Shown one piece after another: positions 50,603 through 59,578 of a DNA stretch of 64,000 bases. Under the pieces are notes generated by a model. It did no database searches. It saw only the letters and a program-made list of their open reading frames with translations, and was not told the origin of the DNA. The DNA is from Candidatus Eiseniibacteriota bacterium. Its GTDB lineage: Bacteria; Joyebacterota; Joyebacteria; Joyebacterales; Joyebacteraceae. Positions within the stretch are counted from its first letter, which is position 1. Each line of letters opens with the position of its first letter. Where the stretch lies: positions 8,240 to 72,239 of the forward strand of contig JBDRFG010000072.1 of assembly GCA_043819135.1 (NCBI GenBank), written 5' to 3'. The position numbers were made by a program, and so were the translations under genes.

Positions 50603-51631
50603 CTATTCGCCCGTGATATCCAGAAACTCAGGGTCCTCGCGCAGAGGCTCGAAGTCCGTGTCGAGCCTGGCCCTCGGTCCGAGTGACTTGTCAAGACCGA
50701 CGGCGGTGCCGAGTTCCCTCAGTGCCTCGTCCCGCATCCCGGCCTTCGAGTAGTAGCAGGCCAGGTGGTAGTACGGTTCACCGAGCTCCGGATTCAGCTC
50801 CACCGCCGCCCGGCCTGCCTCGAAAGCCCTTTCCCAGTTTTCCTCTTCACAGAGACGGTAGCCTTCGAGAACGAGCGCCCATTCCTTCCACATGTCGAAG
50901 ATCCGCCTCAACTCCGCGATCGGATCCTCGTGGTCATCGACCCGAAGGTCGCAGTAGACGTCGTTGTATCCGCCGTATCCGCCGCCCTCGCGCACTATCA
51001 GGATCGCGGCGGACTGCATACCTCTGGAGTCGCCGCCGGCCGCCTGCCCGGCCTCGAGCGCGCGCATCAGCTTCTCGCCGAGAATGCCCCCGCTCTCGCC
51101 AAACGCGCGAGCCATCGCGTCGACCGTTTTCCCACTGACCAGGATATTTCCTTGCGCCGTGAAGTTCGGCCCGCTCTCGTGACCCGCCCAGTCCATGCAC
51201 TCGTCGCCGGTGTACGCGTGCGAGTTCCCCCCGGCGTCGACCATGCCCACCTGACGCTGCGCGGCGTCCGAATCATGAGCGAGCAGGCTCTCCATCGCCG
51301 CCTCAACGCTCATGCCCTCTTCCAGCATCGCGAGTCCCAGAGGACCGAACGTCGTGTTCCCGTAGGCCTGCGAAGCTACTGCGCCCACGTTCGCCCTGGC
51401 CCAGGGGACCACGGACCCGACGGCGAAGAACTTCGACTGCACGGCGACGCCGAGGTCTCCGGTCGCTGGGTCATACCCGACAATGGAGAACGTCGCGATC
51501 GGCTCCGATGCCGTCGCCGTCCCGTGAAGCGGAAGCGCCACGGCGCACGCGGCCATCATTACGAGCGCGGCCGGGAACGCCTTGCTTGCCTTTCTGATGC
51601 AAGTGTGGGGCCAGATTCCTGAATCACTCAT
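50603..51631 (-). CDS. Secreted DUF1028 (Ntn-hydrolase fold) protein fused to C-terminal TPR-like repeats
   Basis: Signal peptide. Then ATFSIVGYDPATGDLGVAVQSKFFAVGSVVPWARANVGAVASQA (DUF1028 signature with a putative nucleophile right after the signal). C-terminal helical repeats. Confidence 0.65.
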   Translation of the reverse strand: MSDSGIWPHTCIRKASKAFPAALVMMAACAVALPLHGTATASEPIATFSIVGYDPATGDLGVAVQSKFFAVGSVVPWARANVGAVASQAYGNTTFGPLGLAMLEEGMSVEAAMESLLAHDSDAAQRQVGMVDAGGNSHAYTGDECMDWAGHESGPNFTAQGNILVSGKTVDAMARAFGESGGILGEKLMRALEAGQAAGGDSRGMQSAAILIVREGGGYGGYNDVYCDLRVDDHEDPIAELRRIFDMWKEWALVLEGYRLCEEENWERAFEAGRAAVELNPELGEPYYHLACYYSKAGMRDEALRELGTAVGLDKSLGPRARLDTDFEPLREDPEFLDITGE

Positions 51632-52454
51632 CGTGTTCACGTCCTCCCGTGCGGCTTGCCGCATGCCGGATATCGTCACTGAACGGACCCTCACCTATCT
51701 TGCCCAGCAGCTCGTGAAACCACTCCTCCGCCCGCTTGCGCTTCGCGGCAAGATCTTCTTCATCTGCAATAAACATGAGCTCAGTCAGCCGCGTGACGTC
51801 GCTCGCCGGCAGGTCGTAGTGCACGTACCGAGTGTGGAAATTGTGGCGCGTCGGGTCGTGGAGGATCCGCAGCGCCTGCACCAGCGGCCTCAACGTGTAG
51901 GACTGGTAGAAGGCGACCGCCTCGATGACGTTTCCCCTGTTCAGCTCCTTCTTCGTCAGGATCTGGAACAGGCCGAACAGCACGCGGAGCTCAGCCACTC
52001 GCTCCCTGAGCGTCCTGGCGAACGACTCTGCGTCCAGCGGGTCGAAGCGCACGACACCGGTCTTGTCGAAGTAGACGCGGGGCCGTCCGTGGATCGCGGG
52101 CTGCAGGAACTTGTCCTCCGCCCCGGACTTCATCACCACGAAATCCAGCATGAGAAACGGACTCGCACCCTCGAGCGTGTAGAAGGCCTGGGAGTGGCCG
52201 TGCCAGGTGGGCTCCGGCAGACGGTACCTGACGTCCACGGCCGACAGCGTGGCCAGCGTGCGTTCCACGACGCCGAACACGTCCTCCACCCGGTCATCGT
52301 CACAGGCCACCTGAAGGTCTATGTCCGACCATTCGTCGACCCGGTCGAACGAGACCGCCCCCGCTTCCCACATCGCCTGGACGTAATCAAGCGGCTCGAG
52401 GGCGCCTCTCATCGCATCGAGGACCGCCTCACGGCCCACGTCGTACTGCGGCAT
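51624..52454 (-). CDS. Pol-beta-superfamily nucleotidyltransferase (MNT/Lnu/ANT-like) with C-terminal helical domain
   Basis: GAVSFDRVDEWSDIDLQV fits the GS-x9-SDIDL NTase motif. Third carboxylate in MLDFVV. GC somewhat below the local mean. Confidence 0.55.
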   Translation of the reverse strand: MPQYDVGREAVLDAMRGALEPLDYVQAMWEAGAVSFDRVDEWSDIDLQVACDDDRVEDVFGVVERTLATLSAVDVRYRLPEPTWHGHSQAFYTLEGASPFLMLDFVVMKSGAEDKFLQPAIHGRPRVYFDKTGVVRFDPLDAESFARTLRERVAELRVLFGLFQILTKKELNRGNVIEAVAFYQSYTLRPLVQALRILHDPTRHNFHTRYVHYDLPASDVTRLTELMFIADEEDLAAKRKRAEEWFHELLGKIGEGPFSDDIRHAASRTGGREHDE

Positions 52455-52493
52455 GTTGCTCCTCCGCGTGGTTGCGGACCCCGGCTGCGCCGG

Positions 52494-53084
52494 TCAGTCC
52501 TTGAGGTCTCTGACGGTGACTATGCTGAAATCGAGATCCTTGAAGGAGCGCGCTGTCCTCTTCGCCTCCCGGTCGATGGCCTGAGCGCCGCGACCGGAAA
52601 ACTCGTTCTTCTGGATCTGGGAGAGGATGAGCAGCTCGAAGGCGGTCGACCTCATCCAGTCGACGTCGACGCGATACCCGCACACTGCCATCGCCTGCGT
52701 CCTGTCCAGGAAGCGCCTGAGCACCCGCCTGTCTATGCGAAGCGTGCTGCAGGACGAGAACATGATGAAGCGGTTGGCGCACTTGCCCTCCATCAGCTTG
52801 CCAAGGTCATCTATGGAGTAGGAGTGCTTCCCTATCTGCAGCTCTCTGGCGCTGCCATGGGTGGCCAGATAGAGGATGGGATAGCGGTCGTAGCGCTTCT
52901 GCATCCACTTCCCTATGTAGAGTTCGAACTCCTCTATGGTCGCGCAGTCGACGTGGATGTAGTCGATGAGCGCGTTCAGGTTGAGGAGGTCCAGAAGCGG
53001 TTCGACGCTCGAAGGAGTCCGCAGATCCGGATCCCATATCCCCTCGATGCAGAAGATGCCCTTGGTCTGACCTCGCTTTCTCAT
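52494..53084 (-). CDS. Small hypothetical protein with caspase-like (clan-CD-type) His/Cys arrangement; markedly lower GC
   Basis: 196 aa. Hydrophobic strand then HG (ILYLATHGS); about 36 residues later a hydrophobic strand then Cys (RFIMFSSCST). Codon usage is AT-shifted relative to neighbours. Confidence 0.3.
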   Translation of the reverse strand: MRKRGQTKGIFCIEGIWDPDLRTPSSVEPLLDLLNLNALIDYIHVDCATIEEFELYIGKWMQKRYDRYPILYLATHGSARELQIGKHSYSIDDLGKLMEGKCANRFIMFSSCSTLRIDRRVLRRFLDRTQAMAVCGYRVDVDWMRSTAFELLILSQIQKNEFSGRGAQAIDREAKRTARSFKDLDFSIVTVRDLKD

Positions 53085-53932
53085 TCGTCCTCCGCGGCAG
53101 CGACCACCGCGCGCCGAGTGTGTTCAGCAACCGCCGCCGCGAGATGCGCGCCGCTCAGGACCAGCAGGCTCGCGATATAGACCCAGGAAAGAAGCGCCAG
53201 CAGCGTCCCCAGCGAACCGTACACGAGGTTGTAACGCATGCGTCCGCTCGACAGGAAGAGTGTGAACAGCGTGGTGCCCGCCCAGAGAGCCAGCGAACAT
53301 GCGGAGGCGCCCGCGAGCGCCTCCCTCCACAACACCTTCGTTCGCGGAAGCCACTTGTACAACAGCGTCAGGATCACCATGATAAACACCGACAGGGCCG
53401 CCGTCGATGGCACCAGCCCGAAAACCGAAGCGGCCCCCCTCTGCGCGGCCCCCCAGTCGCCGGGCAGAATGACACGCGCCTTCGCCACAAGATAGAGGAG
53501 CACGAGGCCCACCAGACTCGCGACCATCGCAAGCGCGAGCAGCCTCTCCCCGAGGAGGTTCCTTTCGCGGGCCGACGGCCACGCGCGGTTGAGATTCCGG
53601 ACCAGAGTGCTGAACGCGCTGGTCGCCGCCCACAGGAGACCGGCGACACCGATCCCGCCGACCGTACCCCGAACGCGCACGACGGCCGTGACGTTCTGAC
53701 GAACGAGCTCACGCGATACGGGTAGAAAGCGCAACACGGCCTCGAGCAGCCGCTCCTGCGCGTCGGCGGTCTCGAGCACCCTGCTTCCAACGGCTATTAG
53801 CAAAAGCAGCAGAGGAAACATGGAGAAGACCGCGTAGAAACTCATGCTGGCGGCCGCCTCCGGCCCGCGCTCGCATCCGAGCCGGAGAAACGCGGTCCGA
53901 AGGATTCGGAAGGTCGCTCGCACAGGTCGCAT
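53081..53932 (-). CDS. YihY/BrkB-family inner-membrane protein
   Basis: ...FRILRTAFLRLGCERGPEAAASMSFYAVFSMFPLLLLL... plus 6 TM helices. Start may be the internal MRPVRATF. Confidence 0.75.
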   Translation of the reverse strand: MRPVRATFRILRTAFLRLGCERGPEAAASMSFYAVFSMFPLLLLLIAVGSRVLETADAQERLLEAVLRFLPVSRELVRQNVTAVVRVRGTVGGIGVAGLLWAATSAFSTLVRNLNRAWPSARERNLLGERLLALAMVASLVGLVLLYLVAKARVILPGDWGAAQRGAASVFGLVPSTAALSVFIMVILTLLYKWLPRTKVLWREALAGASACSLALWAGTTLFTLFLSSGRMRYNLVYGSLGTLLALLSWVYIASLLVLSGAHLAAAVAEHTRRAVVAAAEDE

Positions 53933-53991
53933 AGCAGCCCCAACCTTGTGTACACTTCGTCGCGCCCGACCGACCGCTGCGGCCGACGCCA

Positions 53992-54390
53992 CTAGCTCTC
54001 GGAGGAAACCTGCTGAGCGAGTTCTTCGAGGCGGTGAATCGCCTTGGTGATCTCGTTGAGACGGAATTCGATCGAGTTCAGGATCCAGAACTGAAAATGC
54101 TCCACTCGGCCCTGCTTGTGGATCATCCAGATGATCTTTACGGACACCAGCAGCACACCGAGCTCGATGGAGAAGATCGGCGGCAGCGGCATCTCAACGC
54201 CGAGGGCGTGACGAAGCACGTCCACGACAAAGAGGAGCGCAATTGCGCTCAGAAACATGACGTTCAACACTCGGTCTCGCTTGTTCGACGCGACACCACC
54301 GATCTGACCGACGAGAGTGCGTATCTTCTCTTTCTCGTTCCTGAACTGCTCCAGCTCCTCCTGAAGAGCCGTGGTGTCCATTGATGCCAT
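53992..54390 (-). CDS. Hypothetical two-TM membrane protein with N-terminal coiled coil (low GC)
   Basis: 132 aa. No recognised motif. GC about 56% versus about 67% locally. Confidence 0.4.
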   Translation of the reverse strand: MASMDTTALQEELEQFRNEKEKIRTLVGQIGGVASNKRDRVLNVMFLSAIALLFVVDVLRHALGVEMPLPPIFSIELGVLLVSVKIIWMIHKQGRVEHFQFWILNSIEFRLNEITKAIHRLEELAQQVSSES

Positions 54391-54445
54391 TCCTGACCTC
54401 CATGCTCGCCGGCTCCGTCCCTGTCGCCCGCGCCCGCGACTTCCC

Positions 54446-54967
54446 TCATTCCCAGAACCTCTCGAATCGCTCCCGTGACGCCTTGCAGATGGGACAGGTC
54501 TCGGGCGGCTGCTCGCGCGCGCACAGATATCCGCACACCCGACACCGCCATACCGGCAGGGAGCCCTTCCCGGGCGCGGCCCCGCCCTGCGGAACCGCGC
54601 TCACGCGCGCTCTTTGATCTTGCGTAGCCGGCCGCCTCTCCGGTATTGCCTCGAGCGCCCTACCACCCTCGAGGACTTCCTTCGACACGTACAGGGCGCA
54701 ATAGCAGGCGCCCCACTCCGCGAGGTCGGCGTCCCTGTAGTCGCATGGACACACTATGTCCAGGTCTTCCGCCGCGTCACCGGACGCCAGACGACAGGGG
54801 CAGCTTCCGTACCCGAAGCGCCCCTCGTTGACGAGGAGCCCCTCCGCCAGTGCGCCTGAGAACGCGGGGTCGGGATTGAGATGGTAGCCGCTGGATTCGG
54901 CATCGCGGTCCAGTACGGCTCGGAGCGCCTCTGTTTCCTCGTTCGGAATGCTGGAGTCAGTGCTCAA
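54446..54967 (-). CDS. Ferredoxin:disulfide reductase (FTR catalytic-subunit-like domain fused to C-terminal rubredoxin-like domain)
   Basis: FTR-beta motif SCPCRL...DIVCPCDY...CYC. C-terminal WRCRVCGY...CPICK rubredoxin knuckles. Probable TTG start forming TTGA with the upstream glutaredoxin stop. The track ORF (ATG at 55063) would overlap the neighbour by 100 nt. Confidence 0.65.
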   Translation of the reverse strand: MSTDSSIPNEETEALRAVLDRDAESSGYHLNPDPAFSGALAEGLLVNEGRFGYGSCPCRLASGDAAEDLDIVCPCDYRDADLAEWGACYCALYVSKEVLEGGRALEAIPERRPATQDQRARVSAVPQGGAAPGKGSLPVWRCRVCGYLCAREQPPETCPICKASRERFERFWE

Positions 54968-55254
54968 AACCCGAGGATCTCCTTCGCCTCGTCCGGCTTG
55001 TATCCGTTCACCGACCGGACCCCGTCGATCACGAGCGTCGGGAAAGACACGGCCGGATTCCACCTGCGCACCTCACCAAGCGCCGCATCCCGCTCGGCGC
55101 TCTCGAGCTTGTCGACGTACACGACCGCGAACACCACGCCCTCGCTCTCAAGAAACTGCCTCATCTTCTTGCACCATACGCACGTCGACAGACCGTACAT
55201 GACGACGTCGTGCTCCGACGCTCCACCCGGTCCGTCACCCGCCGTCGACATCAT
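54964..55254 (-). CDS. Glutaredoxin/thioredoxin-fold protein (CxxC)
   Basis: VVMYGLSTCVWCKK...FPTLVIDG. Confidence 0.75.
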   Translation of the reverse strand: MMSTAGDGPGGASEHDVVMYGLSTCVWCKKMRQFLESEGVVFAVVYVDKLESAERDAALGEVRRWNPAVSFPTLVIDGVRSVNGYKPDEAKEILGF

Positions 55255-55266
55255 CTGCCTTTCCCC

Positions 55267-55572
55267 TTATCGCCGAACGCCACGCCCGAGGACGCGCTCG
55301 ACGTCCTCGATCTTGCCCGTCAGACGTCCGGTCGCTCCCTTACGGTCATCTATCGTGATCGAGGTGAGAACGCGCGGCGCGAACTCGCGCGCGGCGCGGT
55401 GGCACTTCAGGATGAGGCCTATCACCTCATCCTCGTTCCCCTCGACCGTGGTCTCCATCGCGCCGAGCCTGTAGTCCAGGCCGGAGTCGTCTATTATGGC
55501 GACTATCTTCGCGACGTGTTCGCTCAGCGCCTCCCCGACGCCGACCGGCAGCACGCTGAAGCTCGCAAGCAA
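55267..55572 (-). CDS. MTH1187/YkoF-family (DUF77) protein
   Basis: 101 aa, MLASFSVLPVGVGEALSEHVAKIV... Confidence 0.6.
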   Translation of the reverse strand: MLASFSVLPVGVGEALSEHVAKIVAIIDDSGLDYRLGAMETTVEGNEDEVIGLILKCHRAAREFAPRVLTSITIDDRKGATGRLTGKIEDVERVLGRGVRR

Positions 55573-55599
55573 GGCGACCTCCCCTCTCGATCCCGGAAG

Positions 55600-56319
55600 C
55601 TAGGTCCTTCGGAAGACCAAAACGCTCGACGACATTGTGCCGGGATCGAACTCCGCACCGACGAAGCTCCCCTTGTGAGCGATCAGCTCGAATCCGGCCT
55701 CACGGTGCGCCTGGACGTACCCCTCGCCGCGCACGGGGAAGAGAGTCGCCTCCCCCTCGAAAACGGAACGCTCTCCGTCGCTAAGGCGCGTTCTGAAGAG
55801 CACCTTCTCCTCCGAGATCTCCGGGTAGCTTCGTTCGAACACGAGGCCCGTGCCCTGCACGGGCACGTCCTCGAACGTGTATGACCCCTGATTGAGAACG
55901 AAGTCCCAGTTGACGGTCTGGACCACCCACGTCGCGTCCTGCGTCAGGCGCTCGCGCAACGCCCAGAGGAAGTCCGAGAGCCGGTGAGTCGCCAGGTGAG
56001 ACGCCACGTTGCCTATACAGTAGGCGGCCCCGAACAGGCCCTTCAGCGAGCCGATGTCTTCCATGCCAAGCACGCGGAACTTGGACGCGGGATACGTCTT
56101 CTTCGCACGCTCTATCATCCATTGGTCGAGGTCGACGCCGAGAGTCTCGTACCCCTGAGATGCAAGACGTCCGCAGTAGTCGCCGGTCCCGCAGCCCACG
56201 TCAAGCACACGCGTCGCGCTCGAGGGGAAGCGACTTCGGAGAAACGAATACGTCTCTTCGTCGAACGGAAAGACAGCGTCGTAGTACCCAGCGAACTCCG
56301 AATAGAACGACATACACAT
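55600..56319 (-). CDS. Class I SAM-dependent methyltransferase
   Basis: Motif I VLDVGCGTGDY. Start taken at MCMSFYSEF. Confidence 0.75.
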   Translation of the reverse strand: MCMSFYSEFAGYYDAVFPFDEETYSFLRSRFPSSATRVLDVGCGTGDYCGRLASQGYETLGVDLDQWMIERAKKTYPASKFRVLGMEDIGSLKGLFGAAYCIGNVASHLATHRLSDFLWALRERLTQDATWVVQTVNWDFVLNQGSYTFEDVPVQGTGLVFERSYPEISEEKVLFRTRLSDGERSVFEGEATLFPVRGEGYVQAHREAGFELIAHKGSFVGAEFDPGTMSSSVLVFRRT

Positions 56320-56351
56320 AGCTCCCGTCCGCCGGGCTATTCCCCGGCCCG

Positions 56352-58028
56352 TCACTTGGTTATCCTGGCCCACGTGTCACGCAGTGAGACCGTCCTGTTG
56401 AACACCAGAGCGCCTTGTCCCGAATCCGCACCGTCGATGCAGAAATACCCCTGCCTCAGGAACTGATATGTGGTTCCCGGTCCGGCATCACGGAGGCCGG
56501 GTTCCACCATGCATCCAGCGAGCACGCTCAGCGACTCGGGATTCAGAAGCTCCTTGAAGTCCTTCGTGCCGTCGCTGTCGCCACGCAGCAGAAGGTGATC
56601 GAAGAGCCGCACCTCCGCAGGAACGGCGTGCCGGGCCGAGACCCAGTGAAGCGTGCCCCTGACCTTGCGACCGTCAGGCGCCTCTCCACCGCGCGAACCG
56701 GGATCGTACGTGCAGTGCAGTTCCGTCACCTCCCCCGTCGCCTCGTCCCTGACCACGCTCTCGCAGGTTACCAGATACGCGTGCTTCAGCCGGACCTCCC
56801 TGCCGGGCGCAAGCCGGAAGAACTTCTTCGGTGGGTCCTCCATGAAATCCTCGCGCTCGACGTACACCACCTTCGAGAACGGCAGCTCCCGTGACCCGCC
56901 GTCCGGATCCTCCGGGTTGTTTACGGCCGAGAACATCTCGACCTCGTCGTCGGGGTAGTTGTCTATCACGACCCGCAGAGGCCTTAGCACCGCCATCACG
57001 CGCTGGGACACCCTGTTCAGATCCTCCCTCAGGCAGTGCTCCAGCAGCGCCACGTCGATGACGCTGTCCGTTTTGGCGACGCCGACCCGCCTGAGGAACT
57101 CCTTGATGGATGCCGGAGTGTAGCCCCGCCTCCTGAGGCCCGCGAGCGTGGGCATGCGCGGGTCGTTCCATCCCCACACATGCCCCTCGCCCACGAGTTC
57201 TTTCAAGCGCCGCTTGCTCAGCACCGTGCGGCTCAGGTAGAGGCGCGCGAACTCGATCTGCCGCGGATGGTGGATCCCCAGCTCGTCCAGATACCAGTCA
57301 TACAGCGGTCGATGGTCCTCGAACTCTATCGAGCATATGGAATGCGTTATCCCCTCGATGGAATCGCTCTGCCCGTGAGTCCAGTCGTACGTGGGATAGA
57401 TGCTCCACTTGCTGCCCGTTCGGTGGTGCGCGGCGTGGAGAATCCTGTACATCACCGGGTCGCGCAGATTGATGTTCGGGGAGGCCATGTCGATCTTCGC
57501 GCGCAAGGTCCTCCTACCGTTGTCGAATTCGCCCGCGCGCATGCGCTCGAAGAGGTCCAGGTTCTCCTCGACGGTGCGGTCGCGGTAGGGACTGTTCGTG
57601 CCGGGATCGGTCAGTGTGCCGCGGTACTCTCTGGTCTCGTCCGGACTCAGGTCGCAGACGTAGGCCTTGCCGTCCCTGATGAGCTTGAGCGCGTACTCGT
57701 ACAGCTCGTCGAAATAGTCGGACGCGTAGTGGAGCCGGTCGCCCCAGTCGTAGCCGAGCCACCGGATGTCCTCCATGATCGAGTCTACGAACTCCGTCTC
57801 CTCCGCCAGTGGGTTGGTATCGTCGAACCGGAGGTTGCAGGAGCCCCCATACTCCGCGGCGATGCTGAAGTTGAGATTGAAGGCCTTGGCGTGCCCAATG
57901 TGAAGGCAGCCGTTGGGCTCCGGTGGGAAGCGCGTTTGCACCCGTCCGTCGTTCTTGCCGGTCCGAATGTCCTCCTCGACTATCGCCCTGACGAAATCGA
58001 CGGAGCCGGATGTCTCGGAAGCTGCCAT
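56352..58028 (-). CDS. glnS: Glutamine--tRNA ligase
   Basis: [17 protein letters not shown] (HIGH). Class-I catalytic core plus two C-terminal beta-barrel anticodon-binding domains. 558 aa. Confidence 0.85.
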   Translation of the reverse strand: MAASETSGSVDFVRAIVEEDIRTGKNDGRVQTRFPPEPNGCLHIGHAKAFNLNFSIAAEYGGSCNLRFDDTNPLAEETEFVDSIMEDIRWLGYDWGDRLHYASDYFDELYEYALKLIRDGKAYVCDLSPDETREYRGTLTDPGTNSPYRDRTVEENLDLFERMRAGEFDNGRRTLRAKIDMASPNINLRDPVMYRILHAAHHRTGSKWSIYPTYDWTHGQSDSIEGITHSICSIEFEDHRPLYDWYLDELGIHHPRQIEFARLYLSRTVLSKRRLKELVGEGHVWGWNDPRMPTLAGLRRRGYTPASIKEFLRRVGVAKTDSVIDVALLEHCLREDLNRVSQRVMAVLRPLRVVIDNYPDDEVEMFSAVNNPEDPDGGSRELPFSKVVYVEREDFMEDPPKKFFRLAPGREVRLKHAYLVTCESVVRDEATGEVTELHCTYDPGSRGGEAPDGRKVRGTLHWVSARHAVPAEVRLFDHLLLRGDSDGTKDFKELLNPESLSVLAGCMVEPGLRDAGPGTTYQFLRQGYFCIDGADSGQGALVFNRTVSLRDTWARITK

Positions 58029-58165
58029 CAGCGCTCTCCAATGGTAGGTGCGTTAACCCGCGCCTGCTCGGGCTGGAAGCCCGTCAAGAGCGCATTCTAC
58101 AGCTACCGTGCGTGCTGTTCAAGGACGGGACTGAGCTGTTGATCTCATCCCGGGCCACCCTTCGG

Positions 58166-58636
58166 CTATTTCGTTATCATGCTCTCTGGCATCTGCACCG
58201 TCACGACCTCGCCCTTCGCACACACCTCGCCCTCGGCCAGAACGGTGGCCGTCACAATGACCTTTCTGCCCTTGATCTCCTTGACCGCTCCCCTGAGTTC
58301 GAGCGGCACGCCAAGAGGCGTCGGCCTGAGGTAGTCTACATGAAGAGACGCCGTCACGAAACGGAAGGCGGGCTCGCTGCCCATCTCTCTGCCCTCGGCC
58401 TTGTAGGCCGCGGCCGAGGCCGTTCCGGTGCTGTGGCAGTCGATCAGCGACGCGATCAGGCCGCCGTAAACGTACCCCGGGATGGCCGTGTGGTACGGCT
58501 CCGGAGTGAACGTGCACACGGCCTCGTCGCCGTCCCAGTAGCTCTTGATCTGGTGGCCGTCCGCGTTGAGCCGCCCGCATCCGAAGCAGTGGCTCACGTC
58601 GTCCGGGTAGTAGTCCTGGAACGCCTTCGTGGGCAT
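58166..58636 (-). CDS. Hotdog-fold (PaaI-like) thioesterase with N-terminal CxxC
   Basis: 156 aa. HCFGCG...GYVYGGLIASLIDCHS hotdog signature. Confidence 0.6.
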   Translation of the reverse strand: MPTKAFQDYYPDDVSHCFGCGRLNADGHQIKSYWDGDEAVCTFTPEPYHTAIPGYVYGGLIASLIDCHSTGTASAAAYKAEGREMGSEPAFRFVTASLHVDYLRPTPLGVPLELRGAVKEIKGRKVIVTATVLAEGEVCAKGEVVTVQMPESMITK

Positions 58637-58683
58637 GCCGTGGTCCTTTCAGGCTTCAGGGGCGCTCCCGCCCGGCCCCCGCG

Positions 58684-59004
58684 CTACTTGTAGTCCTCTC
58701 TCACCGGGTAAAACACGTCTGTGATCCGACAGGCCGTCACCGCTCGGCCCGAATGAGGTATGTCCGGCGGTACGATCGCGACGCGCCCCGGCACGAGCGT
58801 CTTCATTTCATCCCCGACGCTCAGCTCGAACTCGCCCTCGACGAGGCTGACTATCTGCTCGTGCAAATGGCTGTGCTCGGGCATCGACGCCCCCGCTTCG
58901 ATCTCCCAATACGCGATCGTCATGTTGTCCGAGTGGACGAACCTGACCCGGAAGCCCGGGACCGGCTGTCTCTCCCTGATGTCCGAAAGCTCCAGAAACG
59001 GCAT
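58684..59004 (-). CDS. Cupin-domain protein
   Basis: PEHSHLHEQIVSLVEGEF...IPHSG cupin motifs. Confidence 0.65.
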   Translation of the reverse strand: MPFLELSDIRERQPVPGFRVRFVHSDNMTIAYWEIEAGASMPEHSHLHEQIVSLVEGEFELSVGDEMKTLVPGRVAIVPPDIPHSGRAVTACRITDVFYPVREDYK

Positions 59005-59073
59005 CGCACTCTCCCCTGGCGGCGCGCATGTTCTCGGCCGCCGCCGGAACCTCCAACCTGGCGCGGAGCGAAC

Positions 59074-59544
59074 CTATTCGTCGGCCCACTCCCTGAGCTC
59101 CCGTTTGATCTTCTCCTCGACCTTCCTGCCTATCTCTTCCCAGTCGTCCTCGGCACTGTCGGACTCCTCGAGCCACTTGCGTATGCCCGTACGGACCTTC
59201 TCCTCGACCCGGTCGCCGATCTCCTCCCACTCGTCCTCCCTGCGGATGCAGACGCGCGCCTTCTTGTTGCGGTGTTGCCTCGCACCGCCACCGAGCATCA
59301 CGACGGCGCCCAGCAGGAACCCGAGATCGTAGAGCGCACCGACGTTGTTCGACTCGTACATACTGACGTTCTTCGAGAAGAGACTGACAATGAACGTAAC
59401 CACACAGATGAGACCATGCCACAGGCCGTTCCAGAAACCTGCCGGCGCGGACTCGAACCTCTCGGTTCCCGCCGCACAGCCGGCGCACACAAGAAGCAGG
59501 AGGGCCGCCGGAAGTGCCAGCACCCTCAGACGTCTGATGTTCAT
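59074..59544 (-). CDS. Lipoprotein/membrane protein with internally duplicated 25-aa WEEIG...EEK motif
   Basis: Signal plus lipobox (LLLLVCAGC), one TM helix. Then EDEWEEIGDRVEEKVRTGIRKWLEE and EDDWEEIGRKVEEKIKRELREWADE tandem copies. Confidence 0.5.
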   Translation of the reverse strand: MNIRRLRVLALPAALLLLVCAGCAAGTERFESAPAGFWNGLWHGLICVVTFIVSLFSKNVSMYESNNVGALYDLGFLLGAVVMLGGGARQHRNKKARVCIRREDEWEEIGDRVEEKVRTGIRKWLEESDSAEDDWEEIGRKVEEKIKRELREWADE

Positions 59545-59578
59545 CCAGTCCTCCTCTCGCGCACACGAAGCTCGAGCC

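Noticed and set aside
51582-53180. 532-aa plus-strand ORF
   Set aside because: Spans three well-supported minus-strand genes (NTase, small protein, start of YihY). Composition is artefactual.
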